From an uncultured Candidatus Rokubacteria bacterium (GTDB taxonomy: Bacteria > Methylomirabilota > Methylomirabilia > Rokubacteriales > CSP1-6): a DNA stretch of 64,000 bases. The position numbers and the translations under genes were made by a program. The stretch is taken from positions 17,772 to 81,771 of the forward strand of contig CAWBMV010000011.1 in the NCBI GenBank assembly GCA_963789955.1. The letters run 5' to 3'. Below are positions 1 through 9,983 of the stretch, one piece after another (within the stretch, counting starts at the first letter, position 1; every line of letters begins with the position of its first letter). The notes beneath the pieces are model-generated. The model was not told the DNA's origin, ran no database searches, and saw nothing but the letters and a program-made list of their open reading frames with translations.

Positions 1-588
1 CTGCTTCACGGCATTGAACACCCACGGCGCCCAGCCGGCCATGGCGTCGATGTCACCCTTGGCGAGCGCGGTAACGGCGTCGGGCGGCGAGAGGTTCACG
101 AACTGGAGCTTGGCGAAGTCCACCCCGGTGTCGCGGGCCATGGCCTGGATGGCCATCGTGACCGACGCCCCCTTCGGCATGCCGATCTTCACCTTCTCGA
201 AATCTTTCGGCGACCGAACGATCTCCTGACCCTTCTTGCCGAGGACGATCTGCTGGGTGCCGGCGACGTCGCTCTGGGGGGCGATGTTGTAAATCAGCTG
301 CCCGGAGGCGGCGATGGGGACGACCATCGTGGCGGTCGCGGTGCCGAGGTGGATGTTGCCGGCGCCCCACATCGACGGCAGGTCGGTCCCGGCGATGTAC
401 CAGCGTGGGTTGACCTTAATGCCCTCCGCCTTGAAGTAGCCGAGCTGGTCCGCGACGGCGAACTGCGAGGACATCTGCGCGTCGCGCACCAGCCAGGCGT
501 CGACTTCGGCGAGCTCGGGCTTGCCCTGGGCGAGCGCGTCACCTGTCAGGGCGAAGAACGAGATAAGGAGTGCGAGCAAGAAACGCAT
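1..588 (-). CDS. ABC transporter substrate-binding protein, NitT/TauT (NMT1-like) family; runs off window edge
   Basis: Manual translation MRFLLALLISFFALTGDALAQGKPEL...LGYFKAEGIKV...ALAKGDIDAMAGWAPW; signal peptide; AAGGAG RBS; last gene of ABC operon. Confidence 0.85.
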   Translation of the reverse strand, partial: MRFLLALLISFFALTGDALAQGKPELAEVDAWLVRDAQMSSQFAVADQLGYFKAEGIKVNPRWYIAGTDLPSMWGAGNIHLGTATATMVVPIAASGQLIYNIAPQSDVAGTQQIVLGKKGQEIVRSPKDFEKVKIGMPKGASVTMAIQAMARDTGVDFAKLQFVNLSPPDAVTALAKGDIDAMAGWAPWVFNAVKQ

Positions 589-600
589 GTGGAGCTCCTT

Positions 601-1362
601 TCAGGCCGCGGCGCGCCAGCGTAGGAGCCGGCGCTCGGCGGCGAGCAACAGCGTGTTGATCAGCGATCCGAGGAGACCCAGCACCAGGGCCCCAATGACG
701 ATTTGCGCGGGATTGAAGAACGTGCGGCCTTCCATGATCAGATGGCCGAGGCCGGCGTCGGCCCCCATGAACTCGGCGCCGACGATTACGAACAGCGCCA
801 GGCCGACGCCGACGCGCAGCGCGACGACGATGCCGGGCAGCGCGGCCGGTAGCACGACGCGGCGAACGAGGTCCGCGCGGGAGGCGCCCAGGCTGGCGGC
901 CGCCCGCAACAGCACCACGTCGACGCGCAGCACGCTGGCCGCGATGGCGACGAACATCGGAAAGAACGTCGTGTAGCCGATGAAGGCGATCTTCGAGGCC
1001 TCACCGAGGCCGAACCAGACCAGGAACATCGGCAGGAAGGCCAGCGGCGGGATCGGCCGCACGAACTCGATCACGGGCTCGGCCATGAGGCGCAGCGGCA
1101 CGCACATTCCCACCAGCAGCCCGAGGCCGAGTGCGGCCAGCGCCGCGAGGCCGAAGCCCTGAACGACCCGGCCCAGCGAGGTGAGGAAGTGACGGGTCAG
1201 CTCGCCACTCGCCGCCAGGTCCAGCCCAACCCGCCCGACCTCCGCCGGCGTGGGTAGCAGCACAGGGTTGACGACACCCAGCCACACGTTACCGTGGGCG
1301 ACGACGGCCCACAGGGCGAGCGCGCCGAGCATCGCCACCGCCCGCGTCGCCGCCGCGCTCAC
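601..1362 (-). CDS. ABC transporter permease (SsuC/TauC-like)
   Basis: RPIPPLAFLPMFLVWFGLGE and EAA-like RAAASLGAS motifs; GTG start overlaps ATPase stop. Confidence 0.9.
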   Translation of the reverse strand: MSAAATRAVAMLGALALWAVVAHGNVWLGVVNPVLLPTPAEVGRVGLDLAASGELTRHFLTSLGRVVQGFGLAALAALGLGLLVGMCVPLRLMAEPVIEFVRPIPPLAFLPMFLVWFGLGEASKIAFIGYTTFFPMFVAIAASVLRVDVVLLRAAASLGASRADLVRRVVLPAALPGIVVALRVGVGLALFVIVGAEFMGADAGLGHLIMEGRTFFNPAQIVIGALVLGLLGSLINTLLLAAERRLLRWRAAA

Positions 1363-2135
1363 TCGCGCACCTTGGCGACTTCTTCCTTCACGACGCGCGT
1401 GATGTCGCTTTCGTACTGCGTGAACTCCAGCGCGAAGCGGTCGCGGGCCTCCGGCAGCTTGACCGGAAAGACTTGCTTGATCCGGCCCGGCACCGACGTC
1501 ATGACGACGACGCGGTCGGCCAGGTAGACGGCCTCGCGAATGGAGTGGGTGACGAACAGGATCGTCTTGTGCTCCACCCGCTGGATCCGCGACAGCTCGT
1601 CCTGCAGCACCTCGCGCGTTTGGGCGTCGAGCGCTCCGAACGGCTCGTCCATCAGGATGACCGAGGGATTGTTGGCGAGCGCTCGGGCGATGGCGACGCG
1701 CTGCTTCATTCCGCCGGAGAGCTGGACCGGAAACTTGTCCGCGTGGGCGCGGAGCCCGACCAGGTTGAGATAGTGCTCGACGGTGCGCCGCCGCTCGGCG
1801 GCGGGCCGGGACTGCAGCAGCGGTCCGAACTCCACGTTGCCGGTCACGGTGAGCCAGGGGAATAGCGCGTACTCCTGGAACACAACCCCGCGCTCGGGCG
1901 CGGGCCCGTTCACCGGATGGCCATCGACCAGGACGGTGCCGGTCGTCGGCGCGAGAAATCCGGCGACGATGTTCAGCAAGGTCGACTTGCCGCAGCCCGA
2001 CGGACCGAGGAGACACACGAACTCGCGCTCGGCCATGTCGAGGTCGATCTCCCCCAGCGCCGGCGTCGCGTGGCCCGGCGCACCGAAAGACTTGGCGACG
2101 CGCTGGATCTGGATCTTGGGGCCGGCCATGGTCAC
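1359..2135 (-). CDS. ABC transporter ATP-binding protein (NitT/TauT)
   Basis: Walker A GPSGCGKST, signature LSGGMKQR, Walker B ILMDEPFGALD. Confidence 0.95.
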   Translation of the reverse strand: MTMAGPKIQIQRVAKSFGAPGHATPALGEIDLDMAEREFVCLLGPSGCGKSTLLNIVAGFLAPTTGTVLVDGHPVNGPAPERGVVFQEYALFPWLTVTGNVEFGPLLQSRPAAERRRTVEHYLNLVGLRAHADKFPVQLSGGMKQRVAIARALANNPSVILMDEPFGALDAQTREVLQDELSRIQRVEHKTILFVTHSIREAVYLADRVVVMTSVPGRIKQVFPVKLPEARDRFALEFTQYESDITRVVKEEVAKVRE

Positions 2136-2962
2136 GCAGGATGCTGCCAGCGGGTCAGGCGGCGCTCCAGCAGCCGCACGAGGCCGTTGCCCGCGTAGCC
2201 GAGCAGCCCCAGCACCACGGCGGCGCCGAGCATCTGCGGCACGAGGAAAAAGTTGCGGCCGTCGTTGATGAGGTAGCCGAGGCCGTGCTCGGCGCCGATG
2301 AACTCGGAGATGACGATGACGAAGAACGCCAGCGCCACGCCGAGCCGGAGCCCGGTCAAGATGTCCGGCAGCGCGGCCGGCAGAATGACGCGCGTGAAGA
2401 GCCCGACGCCGCGCGCGCCGAGGCTCTGGGCCGCCCGCAGGAGGATCGGGTCGATCTGACGCACGCCGGTGATGGTGGTGAGGAAGATCGGGAAAAATGT
2501 CGCGTACGTGATGAACCCGATCTTAGAGGTCTCGCCGATCCCGACCCATACGATGAACATCGGCAGCATCGCCAGCGGCGGGATGGGCCGGAGCAACTCG
2601 ACCAGCGGCTCGACGATGTGGCGGATCGGCGTGATATGCCCGGCCGCCAGGCCGAGGCCCACGCCGAGGACGGCGCCGGCCCCGAAGCCCAGCGCGACAC
2701 GCTCGAGCGTCGCCGCAAGGTGGATCCAGAGCTGGCCCCGGATCGCCATGTCGAGCACGTTGCCGAGCACGAGCCAGGGGCCGGGCAGGAAGATCGGGTT
2801 GAAGAGTTTCAAAACCACCACGGCGCCCGAGAGCAGGCTCCAGAACGCCAGGAACGCGGCGATGGCGCCGAGGCGCAGCGCGATCGCGCGCCCGCGCGGC
2901 GGTCGGGAACCGCGAAGTCCCGCGTCCATCAGCTCGGGCACACTGCTCAAGAATGAGGCCAC
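2132..2962 (-). CDS. ABC transporter permease (second permease; true start may be ~2929)
   Basis: RPIPPLAMLPMFIVWVGIGE, RAAQSLGA; multiple TM segments. Confidence 0.9.
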   Translation of the reverse strand: MASFLSSVPELMDAGLRGSRPPRGRAIALRLGAIAAFLAFWSLLSGAVVVLKLFNPIFLPGPWLVLGNVLDMAIRGQLWIHLAATLERVALGFGAGAVLGVGLGLAAGHITPIRHIVEPLVELLRPIPPLAMLPMFIVWVGIGETSKIGFITYATFFPIFLTTITGVRQIDPILLRAAQSLGARGVGLFTRVILPAALPDILTGLRLGVALAFFVIVISEFIGAEHGLGYLINDGRNFFLVPQMLGAAVVLGLLGYAGNGLVRLLERRLTRWQHPA

Positions 2963-3165
2963 CGGCGAACCCCCTCGCGATCGCGCCCGAGTCTAGCAGA
3001 GCGTGGCAGTCCCGGCGTCGCGACACCAAGGCAGACACGCTATCGGGGCTTGCCGACGCGCTCTTCGGGTATTTCCCTCATTGTTTAGCACTCCCACACG
3101 GCAAATCCTTCGAATGTGTGCTGGCGATCGAATCCCGCCGGGAGGGGACGTCACGCAACGTCGCC

Positions 3166-5091
3166 ATGTGCGGAATAGCGGGCTTCTGGCGCCCTGAGAG
3201 CGGCACGGCGGCAGCGCATCTGTCCGCGCTCAGGCGCATGACGAGTTCCCTCGCACACCGCGGGCCCGATGCGGACGGCCACTGGATCGAACCTGAATTC
3301 GGGGTTGCCCTGGGGCACAGGCGACTCTCGATCGTCGACCTGTCGCCCACCGGCGCGCAGCCCATGTGCTCCGCGTCAGGGCGTTTTACCATCCTCTTCA
3401 ACGGCGAGATCTACAACTTTCCGCGATTGCGCCAGCAGTTGATGGCGAAGGGCGCGTCGTTTCAGGGAACCTCGGACACCGAAGTCCTGCTCGCGGCATT
3501 CGAGCAATGGGGCGTTGCCCGAACCCTTCCCCGCATAGCGGGCATGTTTGCGTTTGCCGTGTGGGATGCGAAGACCAGTCAGCTCTGGCTTGCACGCGAT
3601 CGCATGGGGGAAAAGCCTCTCTACATCGCGCAGTTCAACGGACTCCTGGCGTTTGCCTCCGAGCTCAAGGCGTTTCAAGCGCTTCCCGGCTTCCCAAGCG
3701 ACATCGACCCGGCGGCAATGTCGGATCTCGTGCGCAACGGCTACATCGGCGGTCGCCATACCATCTACCGGGCGGTCAGTCGTCTCCGGCCCGGCGAGTT
3801 TGCCGTGGTCGCGCTCTCCGATGGCGTGCCCGTGGCGTGCATCCAGCACTACTGGAATGTGCACGATCACCTGCGGGTCGCGAGGGACGGCTTCGCGTCC
3901 GATGAAGCCGCCACCGATGCGCTCGATGAGCTGCTCACGGAAGTCGTGCGCGACGAGATGGTCGCCGACGTACCGCTTGGCGCATTTCTCTCAGGTGGAA
4001 TCGACAGCTCCCTGATCGCGGCGTTGATGCAAAAGATCGCCACCCGACCCGTGCGCACGTTCACCATCGGGTTTCGCGAGAGCACCCACGATGAAAGTCC
4101 GTACGCCCGCGAGGTGGCCAAGCATCTGGGTACCGATCACACCGAAATCATCCTGTCCGCCGATGACGCCCTCGCATTCGTGGAACGCCTTCCGAAGGTC
4201 TTCGATGAGCCGTTCGCCGACTCGTCGCAGCTTCCCACGTTGCTGCTCTCGTCCGTCACGCGGCGCTACGTTACCGTGGCATTGTCCGGGGACGGTGGCG
4301 ACGAATTGTTCGGCGGGTACTCCCAGTACCTCGCGCGCGATTCCATCGAACAGTTCGTCAACAGCGTTCCGCGCATGCTGCGCCGGCCACTCGGGGCGGC
4401 CCTCGGCGCCACGCCGGGCGCACTCCTGACGCCGCTGCTCGCGAGGGGCAGCACGTGGGCTCCCAATCTGCGGGCGCGACTGGTGCGTGCGCTTCAGAAT
4501 CCATCGACAGCCCGGTCGTACGAAAGCCTGTTGGCCAGGTGGGTCGAGCCCGCCGACATCCTGTCGGCGGCACAAATTCGCAGGGTGGTGTGCGACGAGA
4601 GTCCGCGTTGGCCCCATGCGAGAACCGACGTCGAAGCCCGCATGACATTCGACATGGAGCACTACCTGCCCGACGACATCCTCGTGAAAGTAGACCGCTC
4701 GGCCATGGCCTGTTCGCTCGAGACGCGAGCTCCATTGCTGGATCACCGCGTGGTGGAATTCGCGCTGCGCCAACCTCTCCATCGCAAGATTCGCGACGGC
4801 AGGGGCAAGTTCCTGTTGCGAAACCTGCTGGTTCGTTACGTGCCACCCGCGCTGATCGATCGTCCAAAGCGCGGATTCTCCATACCGCTGGGCGCGTGGC
4901 TGCGCGGTGCGCTCAAGTCCTGGGGCGACACCATGCTCGAATCCGATGCCCTGCTCGAAACCTGGTTCCAACCCTCTGCGGTGAACGCCGTGTGGAGCGC
5001 CCACCAGCGAGGGGAAGATCACGCCGAGCGCCTCTGGCCGGTGCTCATTGCGATGCAGTGGCTGCGTTCGACGACCACATCGTCGTCATGA
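3166..5091 (+). CDS. asnB: Asparagine synthase (glutamine-hydrolysing) family amidotransferase
   Basis: MCGIAG N-terminus (catalytic Cys2), HRGPD, FNGEIYN, LSGGIDSS, SGDGGDELFGGY. Confidence 0.92.
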   Translation: MCGIAGFWRPESGTAAAHLSALRRMTSSLAHRGPDADGHWIEPEFGVALGHRRLSIVDLSPTGAQPMCSASGRFTILFNGEIYNFPRLRQQLMAKGASFQGTSDTEVLLAAFEQWGVARTLPRIAGMFAFAVWDAKTSQLWLARDRMGEKPLYIAQFNGLLAFASELKAFQALPGFPSDIDPAAMSDLVRNGYIGGRHTIYRAVSRLRPGEFAVVALSDGVPVACIQHYWNVHDHLRVARDGFASDEAATDALDELLTEVVRDEMVADVPLGAFLSGGIDSSLIAALMQKIATRPVRTFTIGFRESTHDESPYAREVAKHLGTDHTEIILSADDALAFVERLPKVFDEPFADSSQLPTLLLSSVTRRYVTVALSGDGGDELFGGYSQYLARDSIEQFVNSVPRMLRRPLGAALGATPGALLTPLLARGSTWAPNLRARLVRALQNPSTARSYESLLARWVEPADILSAAQIRRVVCDESPRWPHARTDVEARMTFDMEHYLPDDILVKVDRSAMACSLETRAPLLDHRVVEFALRQPLHRKIRDGRGKFLLRNLLVRYVPPALIDRPKRGFSIPLGAWLRGALKSWGDTMLESDALLETWFQPSAVNAVWSAHQRGEDHAERLWPVLIAMQWLRSTTTSSS

Positions 5092-6098
5092 CGACACCCG
5101 TGCCGGCCAACACGGCCCAGATGGCTCTCCGGCATGCCGCCGACGCCCATGCCGCGGAAGTCGCACGCGGTGAACGCTTCAAATTCGGCGAGAACTGGCG
5201 GAAGTTCCTCGAGAACATGTCGGAGGAGCGCGCGCAGGCATCCGTCGTGTCGCTGCGCAGGATGCTCGGCCTCGAGAGTCTGGCGGGGTTGCGCTTTCTC
5301 GACATCGGTTCGGGCAGCGGCCTTTTCAGTCTTGCCGCGCATCGTCTTGGCGCAGAAGTCACGTCATTCGACTACGACGGCGATTCGGTCGGGTGCACCA
5401 ACGAAATGCGCCGCCGCTACGCCCCCGGTTCAACAGACTGGAAGATCCTGCAGGGCTCCGTGCTCGACGCCGATTTCATGCAGGCCCTCGGGCAGTTCGA
5501 TGTCGTCTACTCGTGGGGCGTTCTGCATCACACCGGCGCCATGTGGAAGGCCATCGATGCCGCGCTCGAGCGCGTCGCTCCCGGCGGATGGCTCTTCATC
5601 GCGATCTACAACGATCAGGGCCTATGGTCGCGCCGCTGGACCAGGATCAAGCGCTACTACTGCTCCGGACCAATGGGCAAGGCGGTCGTTTCGGCGACGT
5701 TCATTCCCTACTGGATTGCACGCGGACTGGCGGCCGACATCGTATGGCGGCGCAACCCATGGAAGCGCTACAGCGAGTACAGTCGTGCACGCGGCATGTC
5801 ACCCGTGCGCGACTGGTTCGACTGGCTCGGCGGCTATCCTTTCGAAGTCGCGAAGCCTGAAGACATCATTCTCCCCCTCAGCAAACGAGGCTATCGGCTC
5901 ACCAACCTGGTGACCCAAGGCGGCAGCGTTGGCTGCGTCGAATACGTATTCCGGCACGACGCGCGCACGCCAGCGTCCTTTGAACGTGGTCGCGCCTTGT
6001 GGCGCGCGCGCAGGGTCAGCAAGTTCGCGCCGAAGGGGTGGGTGACCGGCGTCGCCTTCACGTGGGGCAACCTCTACAGCGCTTCGCGCGCGAGGTGA
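5088..6098 (+). CDS. Class I SAM-dependent methyltransferase (UbiG-like); 3' end probably chimeric
   Basis: LDIGSGSG motif I, FDVVYSWGVLHHTG; ATGA overlap with asnB; last ~40 codons read into unrelated BMP sequence. Confidence 0.8.
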   Translation: MTTPVPANTAQMALRHAADAHAAEVARGERFKFGENWRKFLENMSEERAQASVVSLRRMLGLESLAGLRFLDIGSGSGLFSLAAHRLGAEVTSFDYDGDSVGCTNEMRRRYAPGSTDWKILQGSVLDADFMQALGQFDVVYSWGVLHHTGAMWKAIDAALERVAPGGWLFIAIYNDQGLWSRRWTRIKRYYCSGPMGKAVVSATFIPYWIARGLAADIVWRRNPWKRYSEYSRARGMSPVRDWFDWLGGYPFEVAKPEDIILPLSKRGYRLTNLVTQGGSVGCVEYVFRHDARTPASFERGRALWRARRVSKFAPKGWVTGVAFTWGNLYSASRAR

Positions 6099-6367
6099 TG
6101 GACGGGAAGTTCAAGAGCGAGCACATCCTCGGCGGCCTGGCGGACGACTTCCTGACGCTCGCCCCGTTCGGCGCCGGTGCCCAGGATGCGGCGACTCTGG
6201 TCGAGGCGAGGAAGCAGGACTTCATCGCCCGAAAGGCGCATCCGTTCCAGGGCCCGCTGAACGACAACCGCGGCGCCGAGCGCGTGAAGGCGGGCGAAAC
6301 CTTCCCGCTCACCGATCTGCGCAAGATGGACTGGCTCGTCGAAGGCGTCGTCGGTCAACCGCGCTGA
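6015..6367 (+). pseudogene. C-terminal fragment of BMP-family ABC substrate-binding protein, with frameshift
   Basis: SKFAPKGWVTGVAFTWG, then in another frame VMDGKFKSE...LAPFG...HPFQGPLNDNRG...MDWLVEGVVG; no N-terminus. Confidence 0.65.
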
Positions 6368-6385
6368 AGGGCGACACCTGCGCTT

Positions 6386-6695
6386 CTACCTCCCCAACTT
6401 CACGAGCAGATCGTCAGTCGCCTGGACGTCGCCAAAGGTCACCAGGAACTTGCCCAGCGTGTGATTGTGCAGCGCATCCGTATGGTCGGCGTTGCCGTCC
6501 GATACCATGATCGTGCGGTAGCCCCACATGGAGGCGTCACGTGCAGTCGACTCGCAACACGTGCTGGTGGCAACGCCGGTGATGAGCAGCGTGTCGATAC
6601 CGTGCTTTCGCAGCAGGTCATCGAGCTCCGATGGATATGGAATGAACGCCGAGTAGCGGTACTTGATCGCGATCTTGTCCTCGGGCAGCACCGCG
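6386..6695 (-). pseudogene. C-terminal fragment of isochorismatase/cysteine hydrolase
   Basis: KYRYSAF, GIDTLLITGVATSTCCESTARDA; N-terminal half absent. Confidence 0.75.
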
Positions 6696-6833
6696 CAGGT
6701 ACGTCCCGCTCGACGGCATCGAGCTAGACGACGAAGTTGGTGGCACCAGAGTGGCGTTTGGAGAGTGGTCGGTCGGTCGAGGTGTCGGCGTCTTCTTCGT
6801 GTGCCAACTGCTCGAGCGACGGTAAACCGAACC

Positions 6834-9800
6834 ATGGCGCTCGCAAAGATCACTCGGCCCACGCTGGCCACCACGGTGCCCCGGCCCCGGCTCTTTCGCC
6901 TGCTCGATCGCGCGCGGCCACGGCCCGTCACCTGGGTCTGGGGACCGCCGGGCGCCGGCAAGACGACGCTCATCGCGAGCTATCTGCGGGCCCGCAACAT
7001 CCGCTCGCTCTGGTATCAGTTGGACGAAGGCGATGCCGATGTCGCGACGTTCTTCTACTATCTTGGCCTCGCCGCGCCCCGCCGGCGACGGCCTCTGCCA
7101 TTCCTGACGCCGCAGTACCGTCCTGGCCTCTCCGTCTTCGCGCGGCACTACTTCCGCGAGCTCTACGCTCGGCTCCCTGCGCGCTTCACCGTCGTCTTCG
7201 ACGACTATCAGGAGGTCCCGGCCGATTCGCCCCTTCACGATCTCTTCGCGGAGGCGGTGGCTGAGATCCCGGCTGGCGGGCGCCTCATCTTCATCAGCCG
7301 GGGCGAGCCTCCGGTCGCCTTCGCCCGTCACCGGGCCCACGGGAAGATCGATAGTCTCGACGGGCCCCAGCTCCGTTTCACCCCGGCCGAGGCCGGCGGC
7401 CTGATTCGTCGGCTGGCCCCAGGTCCCTGGTCCCGTGAAACGCTGCGCTCGCTGCACAAATCGGTGGACGGCTGGGGCGCTGGGCTTGTGCTCCGGATCG
7501 AACAGCTGCGCCGAGAGGCTCGGGCGGCGGCCGGACTGCGCGAGCCATCGTCGGAACTGCTGTTCGACTACTTCGCGGCTGAGATCTTCAAGAGGGCCAA
7601 TGTCGCAACGCAAGACGTGTTGTTGCAGACGGCGTTCCTACCCCGGATCACGCCGTCCATGGCCGCATCGCTGACCGGGCAGTCAACGGCCGGCGCGATC
7701 CTCGCCGCCCTCCACAGGGAGAATTACTTCACCAACAAGCAGGCGGGCCCCGAGCCGACCTACGAGTACCACCCGCTCTTCCGCGCTTTCCTCCTGTCGC
7801 AAGCCGCCAACACATACCCGGCGGCGCGCCTGACGATGATTCGCCGGACGGCGGCCGCCCTCCTCGACGGCGCCGGCCACGTCGAGGGGGCGGCGGGCCT
7901 GCTGCTCGACGATGAGGACTGGGACGGGCTCGCTCAGCTGATCCATCGCAACGCCCAGAAGTTGCTGGCGCAGGGCCGGGCCCAAACGCTGGAGGAGTGG
8001 CTTGAACGGATTCCCGCAGCGCTCTTCGCCGAGCAGCCATGGCTGCTCGTGTGGCGGGGCACGGGCTGGCTGGCCTGGCACCACGCCGAGTGCCAGCGAG
8101 ATCTCGAGCAGGCGTTCGTGGCGTTTCGACAGCAGGAGGACACGATCGGGATGTTCGTGGCCTGGTCGGGAATCATCTTTGCGTACCTGAGCGAAGGTGA
8201 GTCGGTCCCCCTGGATCGCTGGATCGCGGTGCTCGACGAGATCATGGCGAAGGCGCCGGAGTTTCCCTCCAAAGGAGCAGAAACGCGCGTTGCTGTGGCC
8301 ATGCTCTCGGCGATTGCGTGGCGACAGCCGCACCATCCCCGAGCATCGGAGTGGGCCCGCCGGGCCTTCGAGTTGGCGCGACGACATCCTGACCGGAACC
8401 TCCAGGCCATCAGCGCCGCCAACTGGCTCTACTATCAGCTGGAGGCCGGCGAGCTTTCAGAAGCGGCTCTCGTCGTCGACGAGATGCGGGCCCTCATCTC
8501 GACCCGCGACGTTTCCCCCGTTGTTGTGGTGAATGCGTGCGTGCCGGTGGTCTGGTGGGAATCACTGAACGCGATCCCCTCCTACCGGCAGACGATCGCC
8601 CGGGTGCTCGACCTGACGCTGACGACGGGGATGTTCTACACCTCGCGGCACGTCGCCCTCAGTGCTGGCCTCGTCGGGGCGCTCAGCGACGCCGATCTCG
8701 ACACTGCATCTCCGTGGCTTCGTGAGCTCGGGAGAGACGTGCACCTCTTGGGCCCGGGGTTCCGTTTCTGGTATCAGTCGTTCGTCGTATGGGAAGCCCT
8801 CATCCGGAAGGATACGGCGCACGCGGCCCGCGCTGAGCCCGAGATGCTGCGGTTGAGTTCGGCCAGCGGGCGTCCCCTGGACGAGGCGGTCGCGCATCTC
8901 CTGTCCGCCCAGGTTCGCCATGCGCGCGGCCAGGAGCAAGAAGCGCGCGCCCACCTCGACCGGGCGCTCGAGATTGCGCACACGATTCGCAGCTCGTATA
9001 TCCAGTTCATGGCTCGCCTCAGCGAGGCGCAGCTCTACCTCGACGGTGGCCGGGAGGCCGACGGCCTGCAGGCGCTCGCCGCCGCCCTGGCGCTCGGCCG
9101 CGAGCACAGCTACGTCAACACGCACGTATGGATTCCCGAGGTCATGGCCCGGCTCTGCGCCCGCGCGCTGGAGGCGGGCATCGAGGTGGACTACGCGGGC
9201 GATCTCGTCCGGAAGCGAGGGCTCGTGGCGGACGACCTGTCGGTAACGACGGAGGCGTGGCCTTGGCCCATCAAGATCTTCACGCTGGGCCGCTTCGAGC
9301 TACTCAGGGCAGGCCAGCCGATCCACTTCTCTCGCAAGGTCCAGCGCAAGCCGTTGGCCCTGCTCAAGGCGTTGATCGCCTTCGGCGGCCGCGGCGTGCG
9401 CGAGGCTCTCCTGATGGACGCACTCTGGCCGGATGCCGAAGGCGATGCCGCGCGCGTGGCGTTGGCCAGCGCGCTCCACCGACTGCGAGTTCTGATGGGC
9501 CATGAGCAGGCGATCGTCCGGCAGGAGGGAGAGCTGAGCCTCGATACGCGATCCTGTTGGGTCGACGTCTGGGCCGTCGAGCGCCTGCTCGGGCGTGCGG
9601 AAGCCGGACAGACAGAAAGTTTGCGAAAGGCCGTCGGCCTCTACCGTGGTGGGTTCCTCGATGGACAGGAGGTCGAGCTGCCTCAAACCACGACATTCGC
9701 CGACACGCTTCGTCGTCGCTTACTGCGACAGATCGCGCGAGCGGCGCGGCAGTGTGAGGCGCAAGATCGGCAGCAAGCGGTGGATTGGTACGAGCAGGCG

Positions 9801-9983
9801 CTGCGCGTCGATCCATGCGCCGAGGACATCTATCGAAACCTCATGACTGCGTACCAAGCGCTCGGACGCCCGGCCGAGGTCGCCGAAAGTTATCAGCGTT
9901 GCCGAGCCGCCCTCGCCGCTCATCGCGGCACCAGACCTTCGTTGGAAACGGAGGGACTTCTCAAGGCCCTGCTCACGCGATAG
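6834..9983 (+). CDS. Large MalT-like STAND NTPase regulator with C-terminal winged-HTH and BTAD domain
   Basis: KITRP...RPRL, Walker A GPPGAGKT, WYQLDEGD, VVFDDYQ, YEYHPLFR; C-terminal IFTLGRFEL...LWPDAEGD...LYRGGFL...DPCAEDIYRNLM. Confidence 0.85.
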   Translation: MALAKITRPTLATTVPRPRLFRLLDRARPRPVTWVWGPPGAGKTTLIASYLRARNIRSLWYQLDEGDADVATFFYYLGLAAPRRRRPLPFLTPQYRPGLSVFARHYFRELYARLPARFTVVFDDYQEVPADSPLHDLFAEAVAEIPAGGRLIFISRGEPPVAFARHRAHGKIDSLDGPQLRFTPAEAGGLIRRLAPGPWSRETLRSLHKSVDGWGAGLVLRIEQLRREARAAAGLREPSSELLFDYFAAEIFKRANVATQDVLLQTAFLPRITPSMAASLTGQSTAGAILAALHRENYFTNKQAGPEPTYEYHPLFRAFLLSQAANTYPAARLTMIRRTAAALLDGAGHVEGAAGLLLDDEDWDGLAQLIHRNAQKLLAQGRAQTLEEWLERIPAALFAEQPWLLVWRGTGWLAWHHAECQRDLEQAFVAFRQQEDTIGMFVAWSGIIFAYLSEGESVPLDRWIAVLDEIMAKAPEFPSKGAETRVAVAMLSAIAWRQPHHPRASEWARRAFELARRHPDRNLQAISAANWLYYQLEAGELSEAALVVDEMRALISTRDVSPVVVVNACVPVVWWESLNAIPSYRQTIARVLDLTLTTGMFYTSRHVALSAGLVGALSDADLDTASPWLRELGRDVHLLGPGFRFWYQSFVVWEALIRKDTAHAARAEPEMLRLSSASGRPLDEAVAHLLSAQVRHARGQEQEARAHLDRALEIAHTIRSSYIQFMARLSEAQLYLDGGREADGLQALAAALALGREHSYVNTHVWIPEVMARLCARALEAGIEVDYAGDLVRKRGLVADDLSVTTEAWPWPIKIFTLGRFELLRAGQPIHFSRKVQRKPLALLKALIAFGGRGVREALLMDALWPDAEGDAARVALASALHRLRVLMGHEQAIVRQEGELSLDTRSCWVDVWAVERLLGRAEAGQTESLRKAVGLYRGGFLDGQEVELPQTTTFADTLRRRLLRQIARAARQCEAQDRQQAVDWYEQALRVDPCAEDIYRNLMTAYQALGRPAEVAESYQRCRAALAAHRGTRPSLETEGLLKALLTR

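Noticed and set aside
3085..3093. Second CIRCE element (TTAGCACTC)
   Set aside because: Only the left half-site is present and no chaperone gene is adjacent.
3166..5091. AsnB as a lasso-peptide cyclase, with the 70-aa peptides as precursors
   Set aside because: It has an intact Cys2 glutaminase domain; no B1/B2 (RRE/peptidase) genes are present; the peptides are over 21 kb away and lack a lasso leader motif.
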